Assembly (NCBI GenBank): GCA_951406725.2 | Contig: OX597816.1 | Location: forward strand, 21,018,001 to 21,082,000 | Length of the DNA: 64,000 nt | Direction: 5' to 3' | Source of the DNA: Octopus vulgaris | Taxonomy: Eukaryota | Shown: piece by piece, positions 12,775 through 25,217 of the stretch | Position numbering within the stretch: position 1 is the stretch's first letter | Layout of the letters: each line of letters starts with the position of its first letter | The notes under the pieces: model-generated | Seen by the model: only the letters and a program-made list of their open reading frames with translations | Database searches by the model: none | What the model was told of the DNA's origin: nothing | Program-made: the position numbers and the translations under genes

Positions 12775-14160
12775 AAAAAATGAATATTATAGACGAGTTA
12801 GATCAATACTAAAAACAGAGCTCAATGCTAAAAACAAGATAATAGGTATCAACACTTTACCTGTCCCAGTTATAAGTTACAGCTACAATATCCTTAACTG
12901 GACACGAAATGAACTGTCCAAAATAGATAGGAAAACAAGAAAAATACTGACAGGATCTAGGATGCATCACCCAAATCTGACATAGAAAGACTATATATAC
13001 AACGTATAGAAGGTGGTAGAGGCCTTATACAGCTGGAAAACTACTATAAAATAACCACCATAGGACTGCAAAAATACCTACTTCGGAAGGAAGGAAAACT
13101 GATCCAGATAGCAGCAAAACACGATCAAAAAAAAAACTGTTCTCAGTATTTAAGGAAGCTGACAAATACAAACAAGAAATCATACCACCTAATAAACACG
13201 AAGAAGAAGAAGGAGATGATGAAGAAACAACAAAAGCTATAAAACAAATGAAATCCAAACTAAAAGTAGAACAGCAACGAACCATGATAAAACGATGGCA
13301 AGAAAAGCCCCTTCATGATAAATACTGCACTAAACTAAACGCAAAAGAAATAGACAAAGAAAAATCCCAGCAATGGTTGAGAAGCTCAGGACTCAAAGCA
13401 GAAACAGAGGGATTTTTAATTGCAGCACAAGACCAAAGCCTCCCCACCAGAAATTACCAAAAACATGTAATGAAAAGAAATATTACAAGTAAATGCAGAA
13501 TATGTGGAGATGGACAAGAAACAATAAATCATATTATCTCTAGCTGCCCAGTCCTGGCTAAGAAGGAATATATTCACAGACATGACAGAGTTGGAACCTA
13601 CATACACTGGAAGCTATGCCAACATTATGGAATAACAACAGAAAAAAGATGGTATAGGCACACACCAGAAAAGGTCACAGAAAACGAGAAAGCAACCATA
13701 CTCTGGGATATGCCGATACACACAGATAGAGAAATTAAGGCCAACAGACCAGATATAGTTGTCAGAGATCATGAAGAAAAAAATGCTTTCTAATTGATGT
13801 ATCAATACCGGCAGATGACAACGTGTCTCTAAAAGAAATGGAGAAACTCTCAAAATACAAAGACCTGGAAATAGAGGTAACTAGAATGTGGAATCTGAAA
13901 ACAGAAACAATTCCTATCATAGTAGGTGCATTAGACATGATAAAAAAATATTCAGATAAATACATAACAAAAACACCAGGACTTACAAACACATATAACA
14001 TACAGAAAATTGCACTACTAGGCACTGCACACATCCTACGCAGAACACTTTCCATACAATAACCATCAGAGCATCACAACAAATCACAGCACATACCCAA
14101 GGCACACAGAGCTGCGCTCGGTAGTGAAGTGAAAGCACGCTATAAAAAATAAAACTACTG
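12775..14160 (+). mobile_element. R4/Dong-clade non-LTR retrotransposon family 1, 5'-truncated with intact 3' end, in (TAA)n
   Basis: GGRGL, AAQDQ, zinc knuckle CRICGDGQETINHIISSC, RHD, restriction-like endonuclease RPDIV..LIDVSIP..EKLSKY. Frameshifted. TAA tracts on both sides. Confidence 0.9.
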
Positions 14161-14859
14161 AATAATAATAATAGTAATAATAATAATAATAATCCGCACT
14201 GAATTACAACATTAACGTACTAAACCGGGCTCCCCATTGAAAAACAAATCCAATACAATAACATCGATGGAATTAGATAAAGAAATCTGAGGAAGACTTG
14301 AAGGAAGCGGCCTTTTAACGAAAATACCAAAAAAAAAACTTTTACTGCCATACAAAGCAGTTTCTCCTTCGCATGGTATCTGAATGAGATATGTGCGTAA
14401 CACACACTCGATATCGACACCGGAAAGTTTACAAATTATAAACAGAACAAAATAGTAAGTACATAAATTGAGTAATTACGCATACACTCGAATGTCTACA
14501 CAATCATATATACATGTTGATACCCATAGGACTACAGATACAATCCAATGTATACACAACTACGTGAAATTTACAGGACACACACCCACGCACATCAAAG
14601 CACATGTCACAATAGAAACAAAAACAAAATCAAAACTTCCTTTTACTTTTTTTTCTTATTTAATTTTCATTTTTTCGAACTAACACATACAGAGTGAACC
14701 ATTTATAAGTGTTTAAAATAAGTTTTAAAAATAACTCACAAATAAAACTATGTTCGGAGATAAATCTTTCACTAAAATAAAACATCACAGATGAATACAG
14801 ATTGCTAGCCTTAAGAAGCTACGCTACGAGTGATGTTTACATGTAGAAAACACGGAAGC

Positions 14860-16640
14860 AGTGTTGTCGCTAAAAATTAACCCTAAACTGACAGATCCAT
14901 ATCCTAATGTAAGCGTCGAAGCTCGTCATACCTCAATGTTAAGAAAACAAATTACAAACCGCAATGGTCATCGATCGGATCAAAAACGACCACATACTCG
15001 AATGTTGAACCAGATTCGCGTTGGAAAATCAGCTCCTGGTTCAAATCTTCCCGACACACTGGAGCTGGACGTACCCCACAACTGGAATATTCCAACAGAT
15101 GGCCATCCATGCTCGTCATCAAATAACCAAAAGAAAAAGAATGAAATATGGTCTATGTAAGATGATAAAGAAGTTCTTACGGCCTTCTACCATGCCATAT
15201 ATTTCCCCACAGATAAATCTAATACTGTACAAACCTACTTAAACTGGAGACAGAAACACCCTGAAGTAAGACACTACATAGACAGTAGCAAACTTGCCAA
15301 TGTCAGAAGAAACATTATGAAAAAAAATTACTGACTGAAGTAGAGATTGACAAAATTAAACAAGCAGTAAAGGATAAAAAGAACGAAGCTGCAGCTAAAG
15401 AAGATAATAGACAGGAAATAATTATAGACCAGCCCAGGGCTGATAAAAACGCAGTAATGATTGAAAGAGTTAATGTAATTGATAGGCAAAGTGAAATACT
15501 CCCTGAACCAATCATAAACACGAAGACAGAAGAAAATCAAATAGATGAAGAAAGTCACACAAATATTGACCCAACAGAACTACATGAGCTAAAAACTCAA
15601 ATCATGATTGAATGGCTGAAAATGAAAGAAACCAGTATGGATGAACGCGATACTCTCCCAAAAACCCGCAATTCTAACCAAAGCCTGAAAATAATTGGTA
15701 AAATCCGCCTTGAACTTAAGGATGTAATTTCAGCTAATGATGTTGATATCACTGATCGCAACCATCCGCGAAAATTTCAACGATTCTATGCGGTAAAAAG
15801 TTTAGAAAACGGCAACATTCCCACAAAAAGCCTTCTTGGCAAGAGCGTATCCAACACCTAATTATGCTACTTAGGTCTGACATTGAATGTTTGAAAGACC
15901 TTAAGTTTGACAAGACTACCAAACCTACAAAAATCCGAAAATTAAAGCAAAAATATAACATGAAAACCATACTTGACATTGATGCCACCATAGAAACCAT
16001 CCTGCAAAAGGTATGTGCTAAAGTTGCCCGCATAGTGAGGTATGAAAAGCGTGTTAGATTCTTCAAGGACAACAACGTGTTCAAACATAACCCCAAAGAA
16101 TTTTACAGGAAGCTAGGGAAAACACCAGTTACTGCAAAGTCTGTACCATCAAAAGTTGTGCAGGGATTTTAGAATAAAATTTGGACAGAAGAATAAACAA
16201 ACAACGAAAAGGTTCCTTGGATTGATAGAATATCTACAGACTTGGACTCCACAGAGGAGCAAAAGTGGGAGGGTGTCACGGTAGAAGATATAAGATCTGA
16301 TCTCAGGAGGTCAAGCAAATGGAAATCTCCAGGAAAAGATAAAATTCCTAACTTCTGGTTGATTGCCTTCCCAGAGAGTCATGAACTGCTAACAGAACAT
16401 CTGTCCTGACTGAATATACCTATAGTTTTTATTAGCAGCATATTCACTAATGAACAAAAAGGATATAAACGTGGATCCTATGGTTGTAAAGATCAGCTAC
16501 TTATCAATAAGATGGTCTTAGAACATTGTCACAAACGACAGAAAAACTTGTCAATTGCCTTGATAGGCTATAAAAAAGCTTTTGATAGCCTACCACAGCT
16601 GGATTAAGAAATGCCTTGAAATGTATAAAATAGCGCCTAC
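14860..16640 (+). mobile_element. R4/Dong-clade LINE, degenerate N-terminal and RT fragment (different family)
   Basis: WRQKHP..IDSSKLANVRRNI, RYEKR...NNVFKHNPKEFYR, WKSPGKDKIPNFWL, EQKG..RGSYGCKDQLLINK, YKKAFDS, with stops and deletions. Confidence 0.8.
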
Positions 16641-18954
16641 AAACACTGAAACAATAAAACACGAAGACAAACGCAACATTTCCAACAAAAACGATGTAAC
16701 GACAAACAAACATACGGATAAGAAAGAAAGCTACACAAATCTAAAACCTGGAAACAACGAAGGGAGCCTAATGATCATGAAACTATAAAAAGCAGAATAA
16801 TCAAAGAACTGAAAACCTCACAGCTCAAAATGGACCACCGACCATACCGCCCAAAAATCAAAATAGACAAAACAACAATATAAATTACAAACAACATAAA
16901 CCTAGCCGTCACGGAACTAATAGCCACTGAAACAAAAAGCGATATCACTGAGATAAATGACTTAGTATACGCAGCAGCCACTACAACCACAAAAGAAGCT
17001 GGATACTCACTAAAAACCAATCCAAACAGGAGTACCACCACCCAAACAAACCATGTGGATAAATAACATCCAAAACAAAATACAAAAAAATGAGAAAAGA
17101 TCTGTCGATTCTTTATGAAATCAGTAGACAATCAACGCTACTGAGCAACAAATAGAAAACAAAAATACTCTGCAAATACAACACAACAGCAAAAGATTTA
17201 CCTGAGATAAAAAAAAGCTAAAGCAAGATATCCTTGCCAAAGCACAAAGGATCCGCCGGTCCGAGAAACGCCAACGTTTCTTTGAACAAAACAAGCAGTT
17301 CAACACCAACCCCAAAAAGTTCTGCCAAGAACTTGGCAAAAATGAAATAGAAATTACTGCAGCACCAACGGCAGAAGAAGTGGAAGAATTCTGGAGGAAA
17401 TATGGTCGGCGAACAAACAACCAAAACAAAAGGAGTATTTAAACAACAAACGCAGCATCTGAGCAACTTTGGACCCCCATAACAACTGAAGAGGTCACCC
17501 AGGCACTGCAAAGACTAAGCAACTGGAAGGCACCTGGGCATGACAAGATCCCCAACTTCTGGTTGAAAACTCTAACAGGAATGCACAAAAAGCTGGCTGA
17601 AAACTTTAACAACATACTAGCAGAGCCAGAGACAATGCCTGAATGTCTCACGAAGGGGAAAACCATCTTAATTCCCAAATCAAATGAGACAGCAAAACCA
17701 GAAAACTACAGACCTATAACCTGTCTCCCTACAATGTACAAAGCATTTACTGCAGTAATATCGCAAGGATTGAACAAGCACCTGGACGAAAACCACTGTT
17801 TCCAGAAGAGCAGAAAGGATGACGCAAAAACTCATATAGCTGCAAAGATCAACTAATGATCAATAAAGCCATAACTAAAGACAGCCACAGAAAGAAGAAA
17901 GGCCTCAGTATGGCCTGGATCGACTACAAAAATGCGTTTGATAGCATCTCCCACACATGGATCCTCGAAACACTAGCCATAAACAAAGTTGTACCAACAA
18001 TTATAAAATACATAGGACACTCTATGAATAAATGGCAGACAGTGCTACAGATCCAAACAAAAGACGGACTTGTGAAAACCAAAGCCATCCCCATTAGACG
18101 AGGATGATACGCTCTCTACACTCCTTTTCAGCTTGGCACTGTCACCTCTATCGGATATGTTAAACAGAACTGCATGCGGATATAAATGTTACGGCAAAAC
18201 GATCAGCCACCTTTTATATATGGATGACCTAAAACTATGCGCTGCAAATGACAAACAGCTGGAAACACTACTACAGACAGTTTCATGGATTTACCAAAGA
18301 AATAGAAATGAAATTTGGGTTAGAAAAATGCGCCAAAGTAACCAAAGAGTAGCAACATCACACTAGATAAAGCCAATGAAGTAAAAGTATTAGACCAAAC
18401 CAAACTTACAAATATTTAGGAATCCATGAACTAGATAAGACACAACACACAAAAATGAAAGAGAAAATAAAGAAAGAATACCATAGACGAGTGAGATCAG
18501 TACTAAAAACAGAGCTCAATGCTAAAAACAAGATAATAGGTATTAGCACTTTATCCGTCCCAGTTATAAGTTACAGCTACAATATCCTTAACTGGACACT
18601 AAATGAACTGACCAAAATAGATAGGAAAACAGGAAAAATAATGACAGGATCTAGTATGCATCACCAAAAATCTGACATAGAAAGGCTATATATACAACGT
18701 ATAGAAGGTGGTAGAGACCTTGTACAACTGGAAAACTATTATAAAATAACCACCATAGGGCTGCAAAAATATCTACTTCAGAAGGAAGGAAAACTGATAC
18801 AATTAGCGGCAAAACACGAACAAAACAAAAATCTGTTCTCAGTATTAAGGAAGCTGACTAATACAAACAAGAAATCATACCACCTAACAAATCTGAAGAA
18901 GAAGAAGAAGAAGAAGAAGAAGAAGAAGAAGAAGAAGAAGAAGAAGAAGAAGAA

Positions 18955-19027
<73 letters not shown>

Positions 19028-19853
19028 GAGAAGAAGAAACAACAACAACAAAAGCTGTAGAACAAATGAAACCCAAACTAAAACTAGAACATCAAGGGAT
19101 TCATGATAAAACGATGGCAAGAAAAGCCCCTTCATGGCAAATACTGGACTAAACTAAATGCAAAAGAAATACACAAAGAAATATCTCAGCAATGTTTCAG
19201 AAGCTCAGGACTCAAAGCAGAGACTGAAGGTGTTTAATTGCAGCACAAGACCAAAGCCTCCCCACCAGAAATTACCAAAAACATGTAATGAAAAGAAATA
19301 TAACAAGTAACTGCAGAATATGTGGAGATGGACAAGGAACAATAAATCATATTATCTCTGGCTGCCCAGTCCTGGCAAAGGAGGAATATATTCACAGACA
19401 CGACAGAGTTGGGACCTTCATACACTGGAAGATATGCCAACATTATGGAATAACAACAGGAAAAATATGGTATAAGCACACCCCAGAAAAGGTCACAGAA
19501 AACGAGAGAGCAACCATACTCTGGTATATGCCAATACACACAGATAGAGAAATTAAGGCCAACAGGCCAGATACAGTTGTCAGAAATCATGAAGAAAAAA
19601 TGCTTTCTAATTGATGTATCAATACCAGCTGATGACAACGTGTCTCTAAAAGAAATGGAGAAACTTTCAAAATACAAAAATCTGGAAATAGAGGTAACTA
19701 GAATGTGGAATCTAAAAACAGAAACAATCACTATCTTAGTAGGCGCATTTGGTATGACAAAAAAATATTCAGACAAATACATAACTAAAAAACTAGGACT
19801 TACTAACACATGTAACACACAGAAAATTGCACTACTGGGCACTGCACACATCC
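16640..19853 (+). mobile_element. R4/Dong-clade LINE family 1, long degenerate copy, 3' end missing at an RTE junction
   Basis: WKAPGHDKIPNFWLK, NYRPITCLPTMYK, WIDYKNAFDS, HLLYMDDLKL, CCHC knuckle, RPD endonuclease. Closely similar to 12775-14160 over the shared part. Confidence 0.9.
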
Positions 19854-19855
19854 AA

Positions 19856-22130
19856 AGTCGGTGGTGAAAGAGTCGTGGGTAGAAGGCGCACGGAATGGTC
19901 GGTGCAGGACGAGGATGTTGAATACGTTCCTTTCTTCTCCTGAGTTTTGCTCCTTAATTCTGTTGTCTGTTCTGCTCGATGAAATGGCTCCATTGCGAAT
20001 AGCAGTCCTTCAAGCTGTCCTATCCATGGCAATCTGTTCTTTCCATGAATATGGCTGCATGTTAGCTTGAGCAAATGTCCGTTTTAGCTGATCTTGAAAA
20101 AGGAAATTCGGACCTCCCCTGGATCTTGTTTCGATTGCAACTTCTCCGTAGAGCATGATACTTGGGAGATTAGAGGGCTCCACACACTGGACGTGACGTG
20201 CCCAGTAGAGACGATAGCGAAGAATAGTGGTTTCAACACTTGGTAGTAAGAGGCGGTGAAGGACTTCGTTGTTGGTAACGTGATCTTCCCATTGTATATT
20301 GATGATCTGTCGTAGCTTCAATTACTTGAGGCATTCAAGGCGCTTGAAATCACGGCAGTAAAACGTTCAAATCTCATACTCATAGAGTTGACAGGACAAT
20401 GGCACGGAAGACCTTGATCCTTTTTTCGGATGGTCAGCGCGTGATTCAAGAATACACGTTCTATGAGTGTGCCTAAGGTGCAGTGAGCCGCCCCAATCAG
20501 GTCCCCCATGTCCTTTTCACATTTGGGCGTCTTCAAAGGATACTTCGAGATATATGAAGTGTTCAACCTCTTCAAAAGGTTGGCTGTTGATTCTAATGTT
20601 TGTGGGTGGACTGTTCTGGCCTAGTGTAGATTGGATCGGTGTCTTGGTCTTTAACATGTTTACCTGCATTCCGAAGCGTTCGTAAGCCGCATTGTAAAGA
20701 TCGGTCGTGTTTTGTAGGCCATCTGCGGTACGGTTCGGAGTGGCATTGTCTTCGGCATACTGCATGTCACGGACTGAGATGGCGGAGGTACTCGTCTTTG
20801 CACGGAAACGTGCGAAATTGAAGAGTCAGCCATCCAAGCGATAGCGCATATTCATGGAAGGCGAGTCTAGTGGGATTATGTTGAACATGGCGGTCATGTA
20901 CAAAGAGAAACAGGTTGGTGCCACGACGCATCCTTGATTAAGTCACCCAGTGATGGTAAACGGGTCGGTGAGGGCATTTGGTTGGCATACATTACACATT
21001 ATGCTGTCGTGAATGGAGCAGACCAGGACAAGGAAGTCCTGTGGATATCAAAATAGAGCAAGGACGTCCCACATTGCAGGACGGGAGACCTTGTCAAAGG
21101 CTTGCTTTTGCACATTGAACATTGTAGGCTATTGTTGGTCCTGACACTTCTCCTGGAGGTGACGGGCACAAAAGATCATGTCGAATGTGTCTCGAGAGGG
21201 TCGAAAGCCACACTGGGATTCTATGAGGACGTCTTCCGCGAGAATGAAGAGGCAATTCAGTAGGATAGGGGCGAAGATCTTACTTGCGATACTCAGGAGT
21301 GAGATGCCCCGATAGTTGTTGCAATCTTCTACTTCACCCTTCTTGTAGATGATGCTGACAGTTGCATCGCAAAAAGTCGTTCGCGGGTGGGTGGTGGTCT
21401 TGTTTCCCCATATTTTGTGGATAAGGAGCATAGGATGAAAAATTGCGTGAAACGGGATATTGCCTGGTCCTATAGCTTTCCCCAGCTTCATGCGCGCAGG
21501 AACCTTGTTGAATTCACGGCGTAAGGGCTGCAGGGCGATCCAATGGTGCATGGGAAGCTGCGGAGTGTTCTGGAGATCTTCAGGAGTGCGTGAGTGGTTA
21601 AGTAGGCACTCGAAATGGGACTTCCAGCAGTCGAGTATTCCCTGGGTGTCGGTTGTTGCAGAACCAGATGCATTCTTCAGGCCACCCACTGATGACCTTG
21701 TTGGGCAGAAGTTCTCTTTGCTTGAGGTATAAAACCTGCGAACTTCTCGTTGATTCGCATAGGTTTGAATCTCCTCTCTTTTCCTCTGTCACCAAATGTT
21801 CTGAGCTTCTCGAATTCCTTGCTGGCATTCTGCTGATGCTTGCTGAAATTTTCGTTTTTTCTCCGCAGTGGCATTGTTCTCGAGAACTAGGGGCATCCGC
21901 AGTTTGGCTTCGAGAAGACGGGAGGTGGTTGCATCATTTTCATCAAACCAGTCCTCGGCGGCAGCGGTCATGCTTCACGAAGTCTGGTCCAGGGATCTCA
22001 ATGGAGGCCGGATCTGGGAGGTCTATCAGGTGTCTCCCTAATGGATTCGCTGAAGTCTTGGGATTCTTGTGAGTTCCGGAGTTTGGCGTAGTCAAATTGA
22101 CAGCAAGAGATGTTTGCTGCGACCTGCACG
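19856..22130 (-). mobile_element. RTE-clade LINE, degenerate RT region and 3' end
   Basis: DWFDEND, CNNYRGISLLSIASKIF, ESQCGFRPSR..DMIFCARHLQEKC, QYAED, W.DHVTNNEVL, RL.WA.HV, RSRGGP. Confidence 0.9.
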
Positions 22131-22139
22131 TGTCTGTAT

Positions 22140-22336
22140 CCGTTTGTGATTTTGTGTTAGACTCTTCATACGTAAATGCTTATATTTTCCTGGGACGGTT
22201 ACAGTGGAATATTGCATTCATCATTGGACATACCAAACCGGTCTTGTGCAGTTTGGGGCTTGAATAATCTTAAAGACAAACAAAAAACGGAAAGAAAAAA
22301 GAAAATAATAACAGAGTGATATTCCAAGAGTTAAAC

Positions 22337-22340
<4 letters not shown>
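22140..22340 (+). promoter_or_regulatory. Conserved non-coding module, copy C (upstream of the 750-aa ORF)
   Basis: ggttacagtggaatattgc....tcattggacataccaaaccggt.ttgtgcag.tt.gggcttgaataatct is nearly identical to 6339-6415. Followed by (TATC)n. Confidence 0.6.
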
Positions 22341-22416
<76 letters not shown>

Positions 22417-22433
22417 ACTATCAAGTTATCTAT

Positions 22434-22585
<152 letters not shown>

Positions 22586-22646
22586 ACGATCTATTGGTAC
22601 TTGATTAGTTGATTATGAATAGTAGTACTGAATTTTCGCTTTTCAG

Positions 22647-22800
22647 GAATGGGTTATCAAAAATGTAGTCGTTTTTGAAATCAGATTCATATTTGGTGAA
22701 GCAAAGAACACTTTTCTCCTATCGTTTGAGAAATACTAATTCCTGCTTACACATTTGTCTCTCCAAAGTTTCAGAGCGTTTTCCTGGAGTAAGTCTTCAG
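22647..22800 (+). other. Putative 5'-UTR exon of the 25218 gene
   Basis: ttttcgcttttcag acceptor and cag|gtatgt donor. Next acceptor cttccttacag ends at 24931. Confidence 0.4.
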
Positions 22801-23034
22801 GTATGTTTGAAATTTATATTTGCATTTTTGCCTTAATTGTTTTGAATTTTCTCTTCGTTGGAATTTGCTTTTTATCCTCACAGTTGAATTTCCATTTGGG
22901 TAGAGCCGTGACTTTTCCTCGCATGACAATAATACATGAATTTAGTGGAGAAAAAATGTATGCCAACGTATATAAGAAAGATTCATTTTCATTCAGCCAC
23001 TGCACCACATAGAAAGCAACTACTTTCCACCCTA

Positions 23035-23720
23035 ACTATTTAGAGAACGTTGACTGTTTCGGTTTGTTATTAAACATTTTATCTAGACCGTATCAGCCTT
23101 TAGTTTGGGCATAAAGTATATTGTCACGTTACATTAACGCCCGGAAATAGCGGGGAAATTACAAAACTTCTAGCCCTAATAATGTGATCATCTTCTGCCA
23201 TTCATGATGAAATTTAGAGGACCATGACTGTTTGGGACTGTCCTTAGACAAGTTCAATCAACTGTATCAGCATTAAGCTTTGACGTCAAATATATTGTCA
23301 CATGGCATTAATGCACAAATGTAGATCAGAAGTTACAATGATTTCTAAGTCTAATCACTTGATCATCTGCATCACGTGGCAGTTTAAATTTAGAGACTCG
23401 TGAATGTTTGGAACAGACATTAACCACGTTCATCCGATTGTGTTAGCCTGAAGTTAAGGCGCCAATATTATTGTCACACGATATTAAAGCACAGATCCAG
23501 CGGAGAACTTACAAAACGTTCTAAACCTACTCACGCGATCATTTGCGATATTTGAATGACTAAATTTAAAGAATTTTCAGTCTTTGGGACTGTCACTTGA
23601 TACGGCCACTCATCCGTGTTAGCCTTAAGTTTAGGGTAAAAAAATATTGTCAAATGACACTATCATGCAGTCGTAGCGAGGAACTTTGAAAATTTCTAAG
23701 CTTGACTTTGTTATCACCTC
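23035..23720. repeat. Diverged ~175-bp tandem repeat, ~4 copies
   Basis: Anchor tattgtca at 23119, 23293, 23469 and 23645. Further shared motifs aatttagag, tttgggactgtc, gatcat. Confidence 0.85.
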
Positions 23721-23995
23721 CTGCCTATCAAATTGTATTCTCAACAGCTGTTAAATTGAGCCATGTTCTTTCCATAAAAAGAAAAAAAATTTTGATCTCC
23801 AATCAGAAGAAAGATCAGTTTTGCGTAACCCCACATCTTTCTCTCTTACATAACTCTTGAATATCAGAAAAACTCGTGAACCAGTTTAGCTTTGAGAAAT
23901 GAAGCATCTAAAAGAAGCCTCCTCCCAGTGCCTTATCAACACCTTTTTTCTGTATTTCTATTCGTGGGTGGGATGCGAAATTATTTGTTTTATGC

Positions 23996-24047
<52 letters not shown>

Positions 24048-24050
<3 letters not shown>

Positions 24051-24790
24051 GCTGAGTAAAAACTAAGCAACGTTTTGAAACATGTAATTCATCACAATAT
24101 ATTTCAACAATGCGGAAATTTTATTCATCAAATTAAGTACCATTGCAATCAACACATTTTTGCCAACGAATCACAAGTTTGAATATTCCGATAATATAAA
24201 AATCTGGTGTCCTGGAGCTGATGAAATCTTTGAAGGTACTCTCAGCATCGGTTTGAATTTCGAACTCCTTCTCTCGCAGGAACCCTTGAAGTTACTTGAA
24301 AAAGTGGTAGTCGGTAGGAGAGAGGTCTAGGGAATAATCTGAGTGAGGAAGAACTTTGTAGTCAAGTTCCCTCAACTTCTGGAGCGTCATTAGTGAAACA
24401 TGTGGTCTAGTGTTGTCATGTAGAATGATTGGCCCTCTTCTGTTGACCAGTCTTGAACGGGGGAGTAAAAGTGTTTCGTTTATTTTGGCAATTTCGAGGC
24501 AATATGTTTTTGCAGTAATGGTTTTTCCGATTTTTAAGAAGTTATAGTGAATGAGTCCAGCAGTCCACCACCGAACAGTCACCATAACCTTCTTTTTGAA
24601 GAGCCACGGTTTAGGGAAGGTTTTCGATATTTCATTTTGGTCCAACCACTGCGAAAAATGATTTTTATTATTGTACAGTATCCACTTGTGATCGCAAGTA
24701 ACAATAATGTTCTGGTAATATGAATCGATCTGCTTACGGAAAAGAACCGAAGAGTAAATTTCATATCTGTTCAATTTCTGATTTTCATAC
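24048..24790 (-). mobile_element. Mariner (Tc1/mariner) transposon remnant, transposase catalytic domain and one terminus
   Basis: IVTCDHKWILYNN, KKVMVTV.W, LHDNTRPH and HSDYSLDLSPTDYHFF (YSPDL.P.D motif). TIR-like caggctgagtaaaaa abuts a (TA)n tract. Confidence 0.92.
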
Positions 24791-24825
<35 letters not shown>

Positions 24826-25217
24826 TGTATGTATATATGTATGTATGTATGTACAACTATATCTGGTCTAGAGACACAAGTATTGATTTGAGGCATTTAC
24901 TTTACTTTTCGCTTGTTAATCTTCCTTACAGGTAAAAGTCATTGACGTTCAAAGAAAACCTTAAATAAGAATAATCAATTGGACAGCCGCTGATGTGGAG
25001 AGTGTTGTTTGAGTAGTGGAGTAAGAGTGAGTGGTCATTAGTGGAAAGGGGCGTGGTGGTGGTGATGATATATGAGGAAGGATTGGTGGCGTAGTGTTAT
25101 TATCGGCGACGGTATGGGCATAATCAAGACGTTGTCGACGGTATAGGATAGGGTTCTTGAAAGGGCTGCTAGCAATATAAAAAAAAGGAGTACGGGTGAT
25201 AGTGAAAAATAGTGTAG

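Noticed and set aside
24292-24792. Domesticated SETMAR-like gene
   Set aside because: No SET domain, N-terminal DNA-binding part missing, stop within the catalytic domain, TIR-like end retained: an ordinary mariner relic.
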